64,000 nucleotides of DNA from Solirubrobacterales bacterium (GCA_049276635.1 JBASWU010000049.1:12981-76980); one strand, 5' to 3'. Positions 1 through 9,388 are shown, counted from the first letter of the stretch. Notes: generated by a model not told the origin, from the sequence alone. A program made the numbers and translations.

Positions 1-123
1 CGAGATCTCGCGCATCTTTTCGTTACCAGGCGAGAGCTTGAGCAGCGTCAGCGTGTTGAGCACGCCGTATGCCACCGCGGCGCCCGCGCAGACAAGCGCG
101 ACGACTACTCCATGGTTGATCAA
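1..123 (-). CDS. hppA: Membrane H+-translocating pyrophosphatase, N-terminal 41 codons only (gene continues past the left edge)
   Basis: The minus-strand frame is open from TTG at 123 to the window edge: (M)INHGVVVALVCAGAAVAYGVLNTLTLLKLSPGNEKMREIS. This is a TM helix followed by the G-x-x-x-M-x-E-I stretch that precedes the EGA-x-AYL motif of H+-PPases. The fragment is too short to appear in the ORF track. Confidence 0.5.
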   Translation of the reverse strand, partial: MINHGVVVALVCAGAAVAYGVLNTLTLLKLSPGNEKMREIS

Positions 124-356
124 AAAGTCAGACAAGACCGGAACCTTTCGTATCGGTTACAACGTTGAAACGACAAGAGGGATGATGGGCATTGACTTTT
201 TCTGATGCGCGAGGCATGAGAAACCGTCGGCGGGCCATCGCACGCCGGAACGTGGACATGGTGCGGCCGTCGCCCAAAAAACGGGGCAAGTCTATCGAGC
301 GGTCCGGCGCAGACGAACGCTCGTCGCCCAAGGCGCCTTTTTTCGGTCGCGGCGGG

Positions 357-1523
357 TCAGACCCGCGCGGCCGCCTGGGATCCGCAATAGGTCGCCGCCG
401 TCTCGTCGACCGCGGCCGAGAACGCCGCGCGCATTCCGGCGCGCTCGTCGGGTTCGGCGGCGGCGCGTGCTCGCAGCCGGCCGGTCGCGCCGCGATCGGG
501 CAGTTGGGGCTCGATCCCGAGTTCGTCGCGCACCGGCGCCGTCCAGGCCATCAGGCGATCGGCGATCGCCGCCGCCGGAAATTCCTCGCCGCGGGCGAGA
601 TCGATCATCTTGCCCTCGAGCCCAAAGCGAATCGCGCGCCAGAGGTTTTCTTCGAGCACCCGCCCGGGCCGTGGCTCCCAGGGCAGGCCGTCGTCAAAAT
701 CACGGGCCGACTGCGCTACGCAGGCGACGATCAGCCCGGCCAGAGCGGTCGAATCGTGCCCGCTGGGCTGCGCGTCGCAGATCCTGACCTCGACCGTGCC
801 GAAGAGGTGGTGAGGGCGCACCGACCACCACAGCTGGGTGGATTCGACGACCGAATTGGTCCGTACGAGGAACTCGACGAAATCCTGGTAGCCGCGCCAG
901 TCGCCGAACGGCTCCGGAATTCCGCAGCGCGGAAACATCCGCGTGAACAGCTGCGTGCGCGCCGATGCGAGCCCGCTGTCGCGGCCCTCCGTGAACGGCG
1001 AACTGGCCGACAGCGCCAGCAACTCCGGCAGCAGCTCGCGAACGCGGTCGCTGACGGCGATAGCGCGATCGGCGCCGCGCACTCCGACGTGCACGTGCAA
1101 ACTGAACGTGTTGTTGCGCCAGGCGACGTATCGCAGGCCTTGCTCGACGCGGCGATAGTGCTCTGTGTCGATGATCATCTGGTCTTGCCAGCGGCTCCAC
1201 GGATGGGCGCCGATGGCGCCGAGACGAACTCCTCGTGCGGCCGCAAGCGCAAACAACTTCTCGCGGCGCAACGCCTGCAGGGCGACCGCGTGCGGGAAGT
1301 TTCTGCCACGCCCGGAGCGGATCTCGATCTCGGACGAGATCAGCTCGCCCGCGACCGCTTCGGCGAGGTCGGGCTCTTCGATTGCGGCGGCGTGCAGATC
1401 CTCGAAGCGCGCGACGAGTTCAAGCGACTCCGGGTCGAGGATCTGGAACTCCTCCTCGATGCCGACGGTGAAATCGGCTGATTGGTCGAACAGCTCCCGT
1501 GCCTTGTTTAGATCCAGCGACAT
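357..1523 (-). CDS. ybdK: Carboxylate-amine ligase (glutamate-cysteine ligase family 2, YbdK-like)
   Basis: 388 aa. The N-terminal FTVGIEEEFQILD and the later NTFSLHVHVG and RPHHLFGTVEVRICD blocks are typical of the GCS2/YbdK family. Confidence 0.85.
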   Translation of the reverse strand: MSLDLNKARELFDQSADFTVGIEEEFQILDPESLELVARFEDLHAAAIEEPDLAEAVAGELISSEIEIRSGRGRNFPHAVALQALRREKLFALAAARGVRLGAIGAHPWSRWQDQMIIDTEHYRRVEQGLRYVAWRNNTFSLHVHVGVRGADRAIAVSDRVRELLPELLALSASSPFTEGRDSGLASARTQLFTRMFPRCGIPEPFGDWRGYQDFVEFLVRTNSVVESTQLWWSVRPHHLFGTVEVRICDAQPSGHDSTALAGLIVACVAQSARDFDDGLPWEPRPGRVLEENLWRAIRFGLEGKMIDLARGEEFPAAAIADRLMAWTAPVRDELGIEPQLPDRGATGRLRARAAAEPDERAGMRAAFSAAVDETAATYCGSQAAARV

Positions 1524-1550
1524 CGACCACGACCCGCGTGACGGTACCGA

Positions 1551-2255
1551 CTAAGCGAGGTAAAAGTAGAGAGCGTAGAGTAGGTCGACCGCGGGGCTCG
1601 AGGTGTGGACGGTGACCTCCTGCGGGACGTCGAGCAGCGCGTCGGAGTAGTTAAAGAGGATCGTCACCCCCGACTCGACAAGCTGGTTGGCTACGGCCTG
1701 CGCCGATGTCGCGGGAACCGCGATCACACCGACGAGGATGTCCTGGTCGATGACCGTCTCGTGTAACTCCGAGGCCGGCTGAACGGTGACGTTGCCGGCC
1801 AGTGACCCGACCTTCTGGTCGTCGTTGTCGAACACGGCCTTGACCTCGAAACCGTGATCGGCGAAGACCTCGGATCCGGCGATCGCCTGACCGAGATGAC
1901 CGGCGCCGAACAGCGCGATGTTGTACTTGGCCGCGGTGTGCAGGATCGCGCGAATCTGCTCGATCAAGAAATCGACGTTGTATCCCACCCCGCGCTTACC
2001 GAACTTGCCGAAGCCAGATAGATCGCGGCGGATCTGCGTCGGGTTGACGTGCGTGAAACGCGCCAGCTCCTGCGAGCTGATCGTCAGTTTCTCCATTTTC
2101 TTGGCCTGCGTCAGGACCTGGAGATAGCGCGACAGACGAGCGGCGACGCCGAGCGAGAGGCGCTCGCCGTCAAGCGCGGCCATGACCCCGTCCGCGGTGA
2201 CCGCGGCGGTGCCGGACCGCCGCATTGTGCTGGGTTTTGTCTCGGTCGGAGTCAT
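1551..2255 (-). CDS. rex: Redox-sensing transcriptional repressor Rex
   Basis: LSRYLQVL...ISSQELA...NPTQIRRDLSGFGKFGKRGVGY winged helix plus a Rossmann LFGAGHLGQA motif. The track ORF (to 2531) carries an R/S-rich false extension, so I place the start at ATG 2255 (MTPTETK). Confidence 0.9.
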   Translation of the reverse strand: MTPTETKPSTMRRSGTAAVTADGVMAALDGERLSLGVAARLSRYLQVLTQAKKMEKLTISSQELARFTHVNPTQIRRDLSGFGKFGKRGVGYNVDFLIEQIRAILHTAAKYNIALFGAGHLGQAIAGSEVFADHGFEVKAVFDNDDQKVGSLAGNVTVQPASELHETVIDQDILVGVIAVPATSAQAVANQLVESGVTILFNYSDALLDVPQEVTVHTSSPAVDLLYALYFYLA

Positions 2256-2307
2256 CGGCTGGGCTTCAGTTCGGCCGGCTGCGGTCCGCCGAACGTCCGC
2301 GGCAACC

Positions 2308-2574
2308 TTAGTAAGTATCCGATCGGCGGTCTTCGATCGCGCCCAGCGCGCGCTCCAGGCCACCGTCGCGAAACTGATCCAAACGCAGTAGTTCGATTCC
2401 GCCGAGTTCGACCACCGGGATCGCTTCGAGATAGCGGCGATGCAGGTCGTCGGCGCTCTCGATGTCGATTTCCTCGACCGACAAGGCGTCGTTGCCGCGC
2501 GCGAGTTCCCTGGCGAGCGAGACCGCCTCATCGCAGAGATGGCATCCCTCGCGTACGTAAATTCGAAGCATCAT
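2308..2574 (-). CDS. Glutaredoxin-like small thioredoxin-fold protein (DUF836-type)
   Basis: 88 aa with CHLCDEA (C-x-x-C) near the N-terminus. Its ATGATG start overlaps the tsaD TGA stop. Confidence 0.7.
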   Translation of the reverse strand: MMLRIYVREGCHLCDEAVSLARELARGNDALSVEEIDIESADDLHRRYLEAIPVVELGGIELLRLDQFRDGGLERALGAIEDRRSDTY

Positions 2575-3569
2575 GCCGCCGCCGGCTCCGGGCTACCCGT
2601 CGGGTAAGCATCGAGCGCCGCGAAATTGGCGCAGGTCATCGGCGCATCCGCTTTGTCTAGAGCGGCTGCGGCGATCATCGCCGCGTTGTCGGTACAAAGC
2701 TCGCGCGGCGGGATTTTCGCGGCGACACCGAGAGCCGCGACCCGTGCGCGCAACTGTGAGTTTGCCGCGACACCTCCGCCGATCGCGACCCGGTCGATTC
2801 CGGTGCGTTCGACTGCGTGTTCGATCCGCCCGACCAGCATGTCGATCACCGCGTGCTGAAAGGACGCGGCGATATCGGCCTTGACCGCTTCGAAGCGCCC
2901 CGCGGGCAGGTCACGCAGGCGATAGAGCAGCGATGTCTTCACGCCGCTGAAGCTGAAGTCAAGGTCGCCGACGAAGGCCCGCGGGAAGGCGTACGCCTCG
3001 GGATCTCCGTCGCGCGCGAGCGCGTCGAGCGCCGCTCCGCCCGGGTAGCCGAGACCGAGCAGCCGCGCGCCCTTGTCAAACGCCTCTCCGGCGGCGTCGT
3101 CGATCGTTTGGCCGATTGTCCGGTAGTCGCCACGCTCGCCGACGCGCGCGAGCAACGTGTGCCCGCCGCTGGCGATCAAACAGATGAACGGCGGCTCAAG
3201 CCGCGCCGGTTCAAGAAAGTTCGCCGCGATGTGGCCTTGTAGATGGTCGACCGGGATCAGCGGTTTGCCGGCCGCCGCGGCAAGCGCCTTGGCGTACGAG
3301 AACCCGACCAGCAGTGTGCCGATCAGTCCCGGACCGCGCGTCGCCGCCACCGCCTTGATCTCGGCGAGCGAAACGCCGGCATCGGCCAAAGCCGCCTTGA
3401 CCACGCCGTCGAGCAACTCAAGGTGACGGCGCGAGGCGATCTCCGGCACGACGCCGCCGAAACGGTCGTGATCCATCTGCGAGGCAACGAGGTTCGAGAG
3501 CACAACGCGGTCGGCGCCGACGACTGCCGCGCAGGTGTCGTCGCACGATGTCTCGATCGCCAGGATCAC
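2571..3569 (-). CDS. tsaD: tRNA N6-adenosine threonylcarbamoyltransferase TsaD
   Basis: VILAIETSCDDT..., VDHLQGHI and GGVAAN motifs. The GTG start at 3569 overlaps the rimI stop (GTGA). The 521-aa track ORF is an artefactual upstream extension. Confidence 0.93.
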   Translation of the reverse strand: MILAIETSCDDTCAAVVGADRVVLSNLVASQMDHDRFGGVVPEIASRRHLELLDGVVKAALADAGVSLAEIKAVAATRGPGLIGTLLVGFSYAKALAAAAGKPLIPVDHLQGHIAANFLEPARLEPPFICLIASGGHTLLARVGERGDYRTIGQTIDDAAGEAFDKGARLLGLGYPGGAALDALARDGDPEAYAFPRAFVGDLDFSFSGVKTSLLYRLRDLPAGRFEAVKADIAASFQHAVIDMLVGRIEHAVERTGIDRVAIGGGVAANSQLRARVAALGVAAKIPPRELCTDNAAMIAAAALDKADAPMTCANFAALDAYPTGSPEPAAA

Positions 3570-4078
3570 CGGTGCCCCTTCCACTCGGTCGGGTTGGACG
3601 CGTTGGGCGGTACGAACAGCTCGTCGGTGCTGCGCCACATGATTAACGCGTCCTCGCGATTGTCGGCGTAATAACCCGGGCGCACACCGGCCGACTTGAA
3701 GCCGTTGTTCTCGTACATCTTGATCGCGGCTTGGTTGCTGACGCGCACCTCGAGCGTGTAATGCGTGCGTTCGCCGTCGGCGAGACGAAACAGCTCGTGC
3801 AATAGCGTCGTGCCGACCCCGGCGCGGCGATCCTCGGGGCGAACCGACACGTTCATCACATGCCAGACCTGGGCGTAACGCGCTGCGATCAGGTACGCGA
3901 TCAGCTTCCCGTCGCGGGTCGCGACGATACAGATGCTCGAGGATTTCGAGAGTTCGAGCACAAACATCGCCGACGACCACGGCGTCGGAAAGCAGGCCTT
4001 CTCGACCTCGAGAGCCTCGGCGATATCGGCGATCTCCATGCGCCGGAGCTCGAAGGCCTGTTCGGGAGCGGCATTCAT
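3566..4078 (-). CDS. rimI: Ribosomal-protein-alanine N-acetyltransferase RimI (GNAT)
   Basis: 170 aa GNAT with an RRAGVGTTLL acetyl-CoA loop. It sits in the conserved tsaB-rimI-tsaD context. Confidence 0.85.
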   Translation of the reverse strand: MNAAPEQAFELRRMEIADIAEALEVEKACFPTPWSSAMFVLELSKSSSICIVATRDGKLIAYLIAARYAQVWHVMNVSVRPEDRRAGVGTTLLHELFRLADGERTHYTLEVRVSNQAAIKMYENNGFKSAGVRPGYYADNREDALIMWRSTDELFVPPNASNPTEWKGHR

Positions 4079-4821
4079 GCGCCGGCCGTCGCGACCAGCC
4101 AGCTCGCGCGGGTGCTGATCTTGGCGTCGGGCGCACGGACGTAATCGGGGACGACCGTCTCGACGGCGGCCGGCGCGATTTCTCGCGCGAGTTCGATCAG
4201 CAAACGTGCGTCGATCACGTGGTTCGGGTCGTCGGCGGCGGGAACCACGGCGCCGGTCTCACGGAGTTCGGCGATCAGCTTCACCGCGCCGTCGCCGACG
4301 ACAACCGGTGGCGTTCCGACGGCGACGAGTTCGGCGGCGATGGTGGCGACCCGTCCGGAATCCCCAACCTCGCCGACGACCGACCCTGTCACGGAATCTC
4401 CGCGAACGGTCGCGAAGTAATACTCCGAGCGGCGGGCGTCGAGTACCGCAAGGACCACCGGAGACGCGCCGGAGCCGTGATCGGTCGCGCCGGCGGCGAG
4501 CGCGGCGAGCGAGGACACCGGGACCAGTGGCAGGCCGCGCGCCGTGGCGATCGCCCGCGCCGTGGAGACACCGATCCGCAGGCCGGTGAACGCGCCGGGG
4601 CCGACCCCGACGACCACCTTGGCGAGATCCCCCCAGTCAAGCCCGGCATCACCGAGCAGGTCGACGATCGCCGGTAGAAGCTCGCGTGTGTGTGCGGGCT
4701 GCTCGAACATGCGCGACGGCTCGGGCCGGTGCGAAAACCTCCGGCCGTCGGAGCGTCCGACGGCGACCGAACAGGCGGCCGTCGCCGTATCGAAGGCCAG
4801 CGTGTTGGGCGACTCGCTCAA
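4075..4821 (-). CDS. tsaB: tRNA threonylcarbamoyladenosine biosynthesis protein TsaB
   Basis: LAFDTATAACSVAV and GVGPGAFTGLRIGVSTA motifs. Overlaps rimI and tsaE by 4 nt each. Confidence 0.9.
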   Translation of the reverse strand: MSESPNTLAFDTATAACSVAVGRSDGRRFSHRPEPSRMFEQPAHTRELLPAIVDLLGDAGLDWGDLAKVVVGVGPGAFTGLRIGVSTARAIATARGLPLVPVSSLAALAAGATDHGSGASPVVLAVLDARRSEYYFATVRGDSVTGSVVGEVGDSGRVATIAAELVAVGTPPVVVGDGAVKLIAELRETGAVVPAADDPNHVIDARLLIELAREIAPAAVETVVPDYVRAPDAKISTRASWLVATAGA

Positions 4822-5291
4822 GCGGCCTCCCCGGCCTTGGCTTCGCGCCAGGCGACGCCGATCGTGCGACCGTCGCCGCCGGCGTGCTCAAACGTTACGA
4901 CCGCGCGCAACCGCGCCGCAAGGCGCAACTCGTCGTGCGGCCACTCGACGAATGAAACACGGTTCGGCGTCAGAAAGTCTTCAAGGACGGCCTCGTCGTC
5001 GGTAGCCAACGCGTCGAGCCGGAAGAGATCGAGATGCGCGATCTCGCGGTCGGCACCGGCGTAGATATTGCCGATCGCGAAGGTCGGGCTGGTCACCGGA
5101 CCGGCCACACCGAGCGCTCGCGCGGCGCCACGAACAAACGTCGTCTTCCCGCTCCCAAGCTCGCCGGCGAGCAGAACAACGTCGCCGGCGCCGAGCTTTT
5201 CGGCGAACGTCGCGGCGAATGATTCAGTCTCTTGCGCGGATGTCGTCGTGATCACCTGGTCGTCCACACGGTGAGCGTAACCCGCGGCCAC
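4818..5291 (-). CDS. tsaE: tRNA threonylcarbamoyladenosine biosynthesis ATPase TsaE
   Basis: LAGELGSGKTTFVRG P-loop and the SPTFAI motif. GTG start. Confidence 0.9.
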   Translation of the reverse strand: MAAGYAHRVDDQVITTTSAQETESFAATFAEKLGAGDVVLLAGELGSGKTTFVRGAARALGVAGPVTSPTFAIGNIYAGADREIAHLDLFRLDALATDDEAVLEDFLTPNRVSFVEWPHDELRLAARLRAVVTFEHAGGDGRTIGVAWREAKAGEAA

Positions 5292-5335
5292 CGATCACGT
5301 AGCTATTGATACGAGCAGCAAACCGGTGAAGGCAC

Positions 5336-5364
5336 TTGCCGATACCGACTCGCTGTTTTATAAT
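5336..5364 (+). promoter_or_regulatory. Candidate sigma-A promoter for panCDB
   Basis: TTGCCG (5336-5341), a 17-nt spacer, then TATAAT (5359-5364), in a lower-GC divergent spacer about 118 nt upstream of the panC ATG. Confidence 0.5.
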
Positions 5365-5481
5365 CGGTCTATAGTTGTACTCAGCCGTCACCGTTCGGGA
5401 CGGACTACGTAACCCCTTCATCACGAAGGCAGCCACAGGTTTTACACCGCGTTTCGTCCGGTATCGCAAGAACTGGAACGA

Positions 5482-6447
5482 ATGATTTCGAGAGATATTC
5501 ACCGCACCGCGCAGCACGATCTGCGCGTAATCGACTCCGTCGCCGAGCTGCGCGCCGAGCTGGGACGCGCCCGCGTGGCGGGTAGCGCACGCATCGGTTT
5601 GGTGCCGACGATGGGCGCTCTGCATGAAGGCCATCTCTCGCTGATCGACCGCTCCGTCGGCGACTGCGACCTGACCGTGGTTTCGATCTTCGTCAACCCA
5701 ACCCAGTTCGGCCCCGGCGAGGATTTCGACCGCTACCCCCGCCATCTCGATGCCGACGCCGCGATCGCCGGCAGGCACGGCGCCGACCTCGTCTTCGCCC
5801 CCTCGGCCACCGAAATCTACCCCGGCGGTTTCGCGACGACCGTCGCGGTCGGCGGGGTCACCGAGCGGCTCTGCGGCGCCGCTCACCGCCGCGGCCGCGA
5901 GCACTTCGACGGCGTCGCGACAGTCGTTTCGAAACTGTTCAACATCGTCTCCCCCGACCGCGCGTATTTCGGCCAGAAAGATGCGCAGCAGGTCGCCGTG
6001 ATCAAGCGCATGGTTCGCGATCTCGATTTTCGCGTTGAAGTGATTGCCTGCCCGACCGTTCGCGAGGGCGACGGGCTGGCGATGAGTTCGCGCAACGAGT
6101 ACCTCTCTGCCGACGAGCGTGCGCGAGCGCTTTCGCTTTTCAGGGCACTCTCGGCCGCGCGCGGCGCCCTCGCCGGCGGCGAGTGCCGCGCCGCCGTGCT
6201 CGCCGGCTGCGCCCGTGACCAGCTGGCTGCCGCCGACAGCGTCGAGTACGTCGAAATCGTCGATCCAGGCACACTCACACCGGTGACCCTCGTCGACGGG
6301 CCCGTCCTCGCCGTGGTCGCCGCGCACGTCGGCACGACGCGGCTGATCGACAACATGATTCTCGACCCGAAAGCCTCCTCCGCCACCGGCACCGAAACCG
6401 GCTTACCGTCAACCACCAACCAAATCCCTCAAGGAGCAGTCATCTGA
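5482..6447 (+). CDS. panC: Pantoate--beta-alanine ligase
   Basis: GLVPTMGALHEGHLSLI HIGH-type motif and the FGQKDAQQ motif. Confidence 0.95.
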   Translation: MISRDIHRTAQHDLRVIDSVAELRAELGRARVAGSARIGLVPTMGALHEGHLSLIDRSVGDCDLTVVSIFVNPTQFGPGEDFDRYPRHLDADAAIAGRHGADLVFAPSATEIYPGGFATTVAVGGVTERLCGAAHRRGREHFDGVATVVSKLFNIVSPDRAYFGQKDAQQVAVIKRMVRDLDFRVEVIACPTVREGDGLAMSSRNEYLSADERARALSLFRALSAARGALAGGECRAAVLAGCARDQLAAADSVEYVEIVDPGTLTPVTLVDGPVLAVVAAHVGTTRLIDNMILDPKASSATGTETGLPSTTNQIPQGAVI

Positions 6448-6866
6448 TGCAACGGCAGATGCTCAAGAGCAAGATCCACCGCGCGACGATCACCGATTGT
6501 GATCTCCACTACGTCGGATCGATCACGATCGACGCGAACCTGCTCGAGCAGGCGAATATCCTCGAGCACGAACTCGTACACGTGCTCGACATCGACAACG
6601 GCGCCCGTTTCGAGACCTACACGATCGCCGGCGCACGCGGTTCGGGCATGATGCAGGTCAACGGAGCGGCCGCTCGCCTGGTCGCCAAGGGCGACAAGAT
6701 CATCGTCGTGACCTACGCGACCTACGACGAGTCCGAACTCGAGGACCACTCCCCGCTGGTCGTACACGTCGACGACGACAACAACGCCGTTTGCGTCGAC
6801 TCGGAGGTCGCCAAGCTGCTCGGCGGCTCCGGCGTCGGCGACCCACGCGAACGCGATCGGGCCTAA
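6447..6866 (+). CDS. panD: Aspartate 1-decarboxylase (pyruvoyl-dependent)
   Basis: MLKSKIHRATITDCDLHYVGSITID with the G-S self-cleavage site. An AAGGAG RBS lies upstream and the ATG overlaps the panC TGA by 1 nt. Confidence 0.95.
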   Translation: MQRQMLKSKIHRATITDCDLHYVGSITIDANLLEQANILEHELVHVLDIDNGARFETYTIAGARGSGMMQVNGAAARLVAKGDKIIVVTYATYDESELEDHSPLVVHVDDDNNAVCVDSEVAKLLGGSGVGDPRERDRA

Positions 6867-6904
6867 ACGGCCGCCGGCAACCCAACCCACACGGAGAGAT
6901 CGCC

Positions 6905-7831
6905 ATGAGTTCCCGCCCCGCCGACAAACACCACGGTCACGCCCACGCAGACGACGATTCGGCTCGTCGCCCGGTGACGATCACGACTTTGCGGGAAAAG
7001 AAGACGCTCGGTGAGCCGATCACGATGATCACCGCCTACGACTACCCCAGCGCCTCGGTCGTCGACGAGGCCGGCGTCGACATCGTTCTGGTCGGCGATT
7101 CGGCCGCGATGGTCGTGCTCGGATACCCGAACACGACTCCCGTCTCGATGGACGAGATGGTGATGCTTTCGGCCGCGGTTCGGCGCGGGCTCAAGCACCC
7201 GTTCCTGGTCGGTGACCTGCCGTTCGGCAGTTACGAGTCCTCTGACGAGCTGGCCGTCGCCAACGCGCAGCGATTCGTCAAAGAGGCCGGGTGCGACGCC
7301 GTCAAGCTCGAACGCGGCGGCACCTCGGCCCGGCGGGCAAGCGCGATCGTGAACGCCGGAATCCCGGTGATGGGCCATGTCGGCCTGACTCCGCAGAGCG
7401 CGGTGCAACTCGGCGGCTACCGTGCCCAGGGCCGTACCGCCACCGCCGCGCAAGGAGTGATCGCCGAAGTGCTCGAACTGCAGGAGGCGGGGTGTTTCGC
7501 CGTCGTGCTCGAGTGCGTGCCGTCCGAGCTGACCGCCGCGCTGATGCCGCTTTTGCGCATTCCGGCGATCGGCATCGGCGCCGGGCCGGACGCCGACGGG
7601 CAGGTCCTCGTCTATCACGACCTGCTGGGCATCTGGGACGGCCGGCCGGCGAAGTTCGTGCGTCAGTACGCCCAAGTCCGCGACGCGATGCTCTGCGGGG
7701 TCCGCGCCTATATCGACGAGGTTCGTTCGCGAACGTATCCGGGACCCGAACATGAGTACGAGATGTCGCCCGATGAGGCACGTCAACTGACGGATTGGGC
7801 GGCCACGCTCGACCGTGCCGAATATCGCTGA
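6905..7831 (+). CDS. panB: 3-methyl-2-oxobutanoate hydroxymethyltransferase
   Basis: ITMITAYDYPSA...VLVGDSAAMV...KLE motifs. I place the start at ATG 6905; the track ORF from 6791 overlaps panD with R-rich sequence. Confidence 0.93.
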   Translation: MSSRPADKHHGHAHADDDSARRPVTITTLREKKTLGEPITMITAYDYPSASVVDEAGVDIVLVGDSAAMVVLGYPNTTPVSMDEMVMLSAAVRRGLKHPFLVGDLPFGSYESSDELAVANAQRFVKEAGCDAVKLERGGTSARRASAIVNAGIPVMGHVGLTPQSAVQLGGYRAQGRTATAAQGVIAEVLELQEAGCFAVVLECVPSELTAALMPLLRIPAIGIGAGPDADGQVLVYHDLLGIWDGRPAKFVRQYAQVRDAMLCGVRAYIDEVRSRTYPGPEHEYEMSPDEARQLTDWAATLDRAEYR

Positions 7832-7906
7832 TTTCCCGATCGGAAAGTATCACCCAAGCGGGTGTCACCAGCTCACGGTGGACCCGAATTTTGGCGTTTT
7901 TCGCCC

Positions 7907-7936
7907 TTGACCGGCGGCGTAAACGTCGTGTATGCT
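7907..7936 (+). promoter_or_regulatory. Candidate promoter upstream of the orphan response regulator
   Basis: TTGACC (7907-7912), an 18-nt spacer, then TATGCT (7931-7936). This would give a leader of about 170 nt before ATG 8113. Confidence 0.35.
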
Positions 7937-8112
7937 TCAAATCCACCGGCCGCCGGCCCGCGGTCCGTAGACGTTTTTCCGGACGGCGATGACCCCTCGC
8001 CATCCGGTGCTCGCGGTAAACAAAAAAGAATATTGTCTTGGCGGTACCGGTCTGGCCAAGTTCTCGGCAGCTACCGGGTCCGGCGGATGGGACCGAAAGG
8101 AATCAGGATTAC

Positions 8113-8733
8113 ATGAGCGCCGAAACCACTATCGTTGTGGTTGATGACCACGAGGTGTTGCGCACAGGACTGCGCTACGTCCTCGAACCCCACAACATCC
8201 GGATTGTCGGTGACACCGGCGAACTCGACGAGGCGAAGGAACTCGTGGCAAGCCGCCGGCCGGACGTCGTCGTCGTGGACATCCGGCTCGCCGAGCACGA
8301 TGGCGTCGAGCTGATCAAAGACCTCTCACGCAAGCGATCTCGCGTGATCGCCTACAGCGGCTACAGCGACGACCGCCTGCTCGCCCGCGCGATCGACGCC
8401 GGCGCGATGGGATTCGTCGTCAAGGAAGGCTCGGCCGACGACCTTGTCGAGAGCATTCGCGCCGTTTCCAAAGGCCGTCACTGGCTTCCACGCCCGATCG
8501 GCGACGACGAGCTCAACGAGGCGATTCAGATGAAACTGCCGATGCTGTCTCGCCGCGAGCGTGAGATTCTCGGGCTGCTGTCGAAGGGCCGGTCAACCGA
8601 GGACGTCGCCGAGGAGCTGGCGCTCAGCGCACACACGGTGCGCACGCACGTGAAAAACGCGATGCGCAAACTCGAAGCGTCGACCCGTGCCCACGCGGTC
8701 GCGATCGCGCTGCGCGAACTTTCGATTCGGTAA
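8113..8733 (+). CDS. NarL/FixJ-family response regulator (REC + LuxR HTH)
   Basis: VVVDDHEVLRTGL...DVVVVDIRL receiver and a C-terminal LSRREREILGLLSKGRSTEDVAEELALSAHTVRTHV HTH. No histidine kinase is adjacent. Confidence 0.88.
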   Translation: MSAETTIVVVDDHEVLRTGLRYVLEPHNIRIVGDTGELDEAKELVASRRPDVVVVDIRLAEHDGVELIKDLSRKRSRVIAYSGYSDDRLLARAIDAGAMGFVVKEGSADDLVESIRAVSKGRHWLPRPIGDDELNEAIQMKLPMLSRREREILGLLSKGRSTEDVAEELALSAHTVRTHVKNAMRKLEASTRAHAVAIALRELSIR

Positions 8734-8782
8734 CCGCGACCGGCCGGCGGCGGCGGCGCTCGAATCCGGCGGCCGGCGCGGC

Positions 8783-9388
8783 CTACGCTTCGCCGTACTC
8801 GATCTCACGGATCACCGCAGCCGGCACGCCGGCCGCGATCGTTCGCGGGGGAATGTCAGATGTGACGACACTGTTGGCGCCGATGATCGCGCGATCTCCG
8901 ATCGTCACGCCGGAGGTGACGACGACGTTGACCCCGAGCCAGACGTTGTCGCCGATCCGGATCGGCCCCTTGCTGGTGAAGCCCTGGTAGGGAACCGGCG
9001 TCTCCGGGTCGTCGTAGCGGTGGGCGGCGTCGCCGATAAAACAGCCGTTGGCGATCATCGTGTGATCACCGATCGTGATCGAGTCCTGCGCGGCCAGCAT
9101 CACGCCAAAGTTCAGGAAGCAGTTTGCTCCGACCCGGATGTGGGCGCTGTCGAGATTCAGCGTGATCCAGCAGTGTGGCTCGAGGTGGGTGTTCTCGCCG
9201 ACCTCCAGCCTGCCGCGTTCGAATCCCTCAAGAATCTCACCGTTGATCGGCATCCGCGCAAAGGCACGCCTTGCCGCGAATTCGCGCGCGATCCTGCGCC
9301 GGCGCCACCAGCGGTCGTTGCGGTCATACCAGCGCCGGCGCCGGCGATAGAGCTTGCGATCGGCGTGGGAGAGCATCGACGGTGACAC
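8783..9388 (-). CDS. Hexapeptide-repeat (LbH) O-acetyltransferase
   Basis: Repeated [LIV]-G-x-x-x-x hexapeptides (IGDHTMIANGCFIGD, IGDNVWLGVNVVVTSGVTIGDRAIIGANSVV) and an R/W-rich N-terminus. Confidence 0.75.
   Translation of the reverse strand: MSPSMLSHADRKLYRRRRRWYDRNDRWWRRRRIAREFAARRAFARMPINGEILEGFERGRLEVGENTHLEPHCWITLNLDSAHIRVGANCFLNFGVMLAAQDSITIGDHTMIANGCFIGDAAHRYDDPETPVPYQGFTSKGPIRIGDNVWLGVNVVVTSGVTIGDRAIIGANSVVTSDIPPRTIAAGVPAAVIREIEYGEA

Noticed and set aside
192-1481. Long plus-strand ORF (429 aa) antisense to ybdK. Similar long antisense or alternate-frame ORFs include 5224-6327(-), 30290-31966(+), 34003-35541(-), 39105-40331(+), 55136-56296(+) and 56991-58157(+).
   Set aside because: Their translations are dominated by R/A/G/P runs with no motifs. 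They mirror well-supported genes on the other strand or in another frame. This is the typical stop-codon scarcity of very GC-rich DNA.
2571-4136. Very long N-terminal extensions in track ORFs: TsaD 521 aa, Rex 326 aa, TrpB 571 aa, TrpF 321 aa, PFK 754 aa, permease 619 aa, collagen-like 437 aa and HisIE 259 aa.
   Set aside because: The extensions overlap the upstream gene and are R/S/P-rich. Conserved family N-termini coincide with internal ATG/GTG starts that show RBSs or 4-nt stop/start overlaps, so I shortened the calls.
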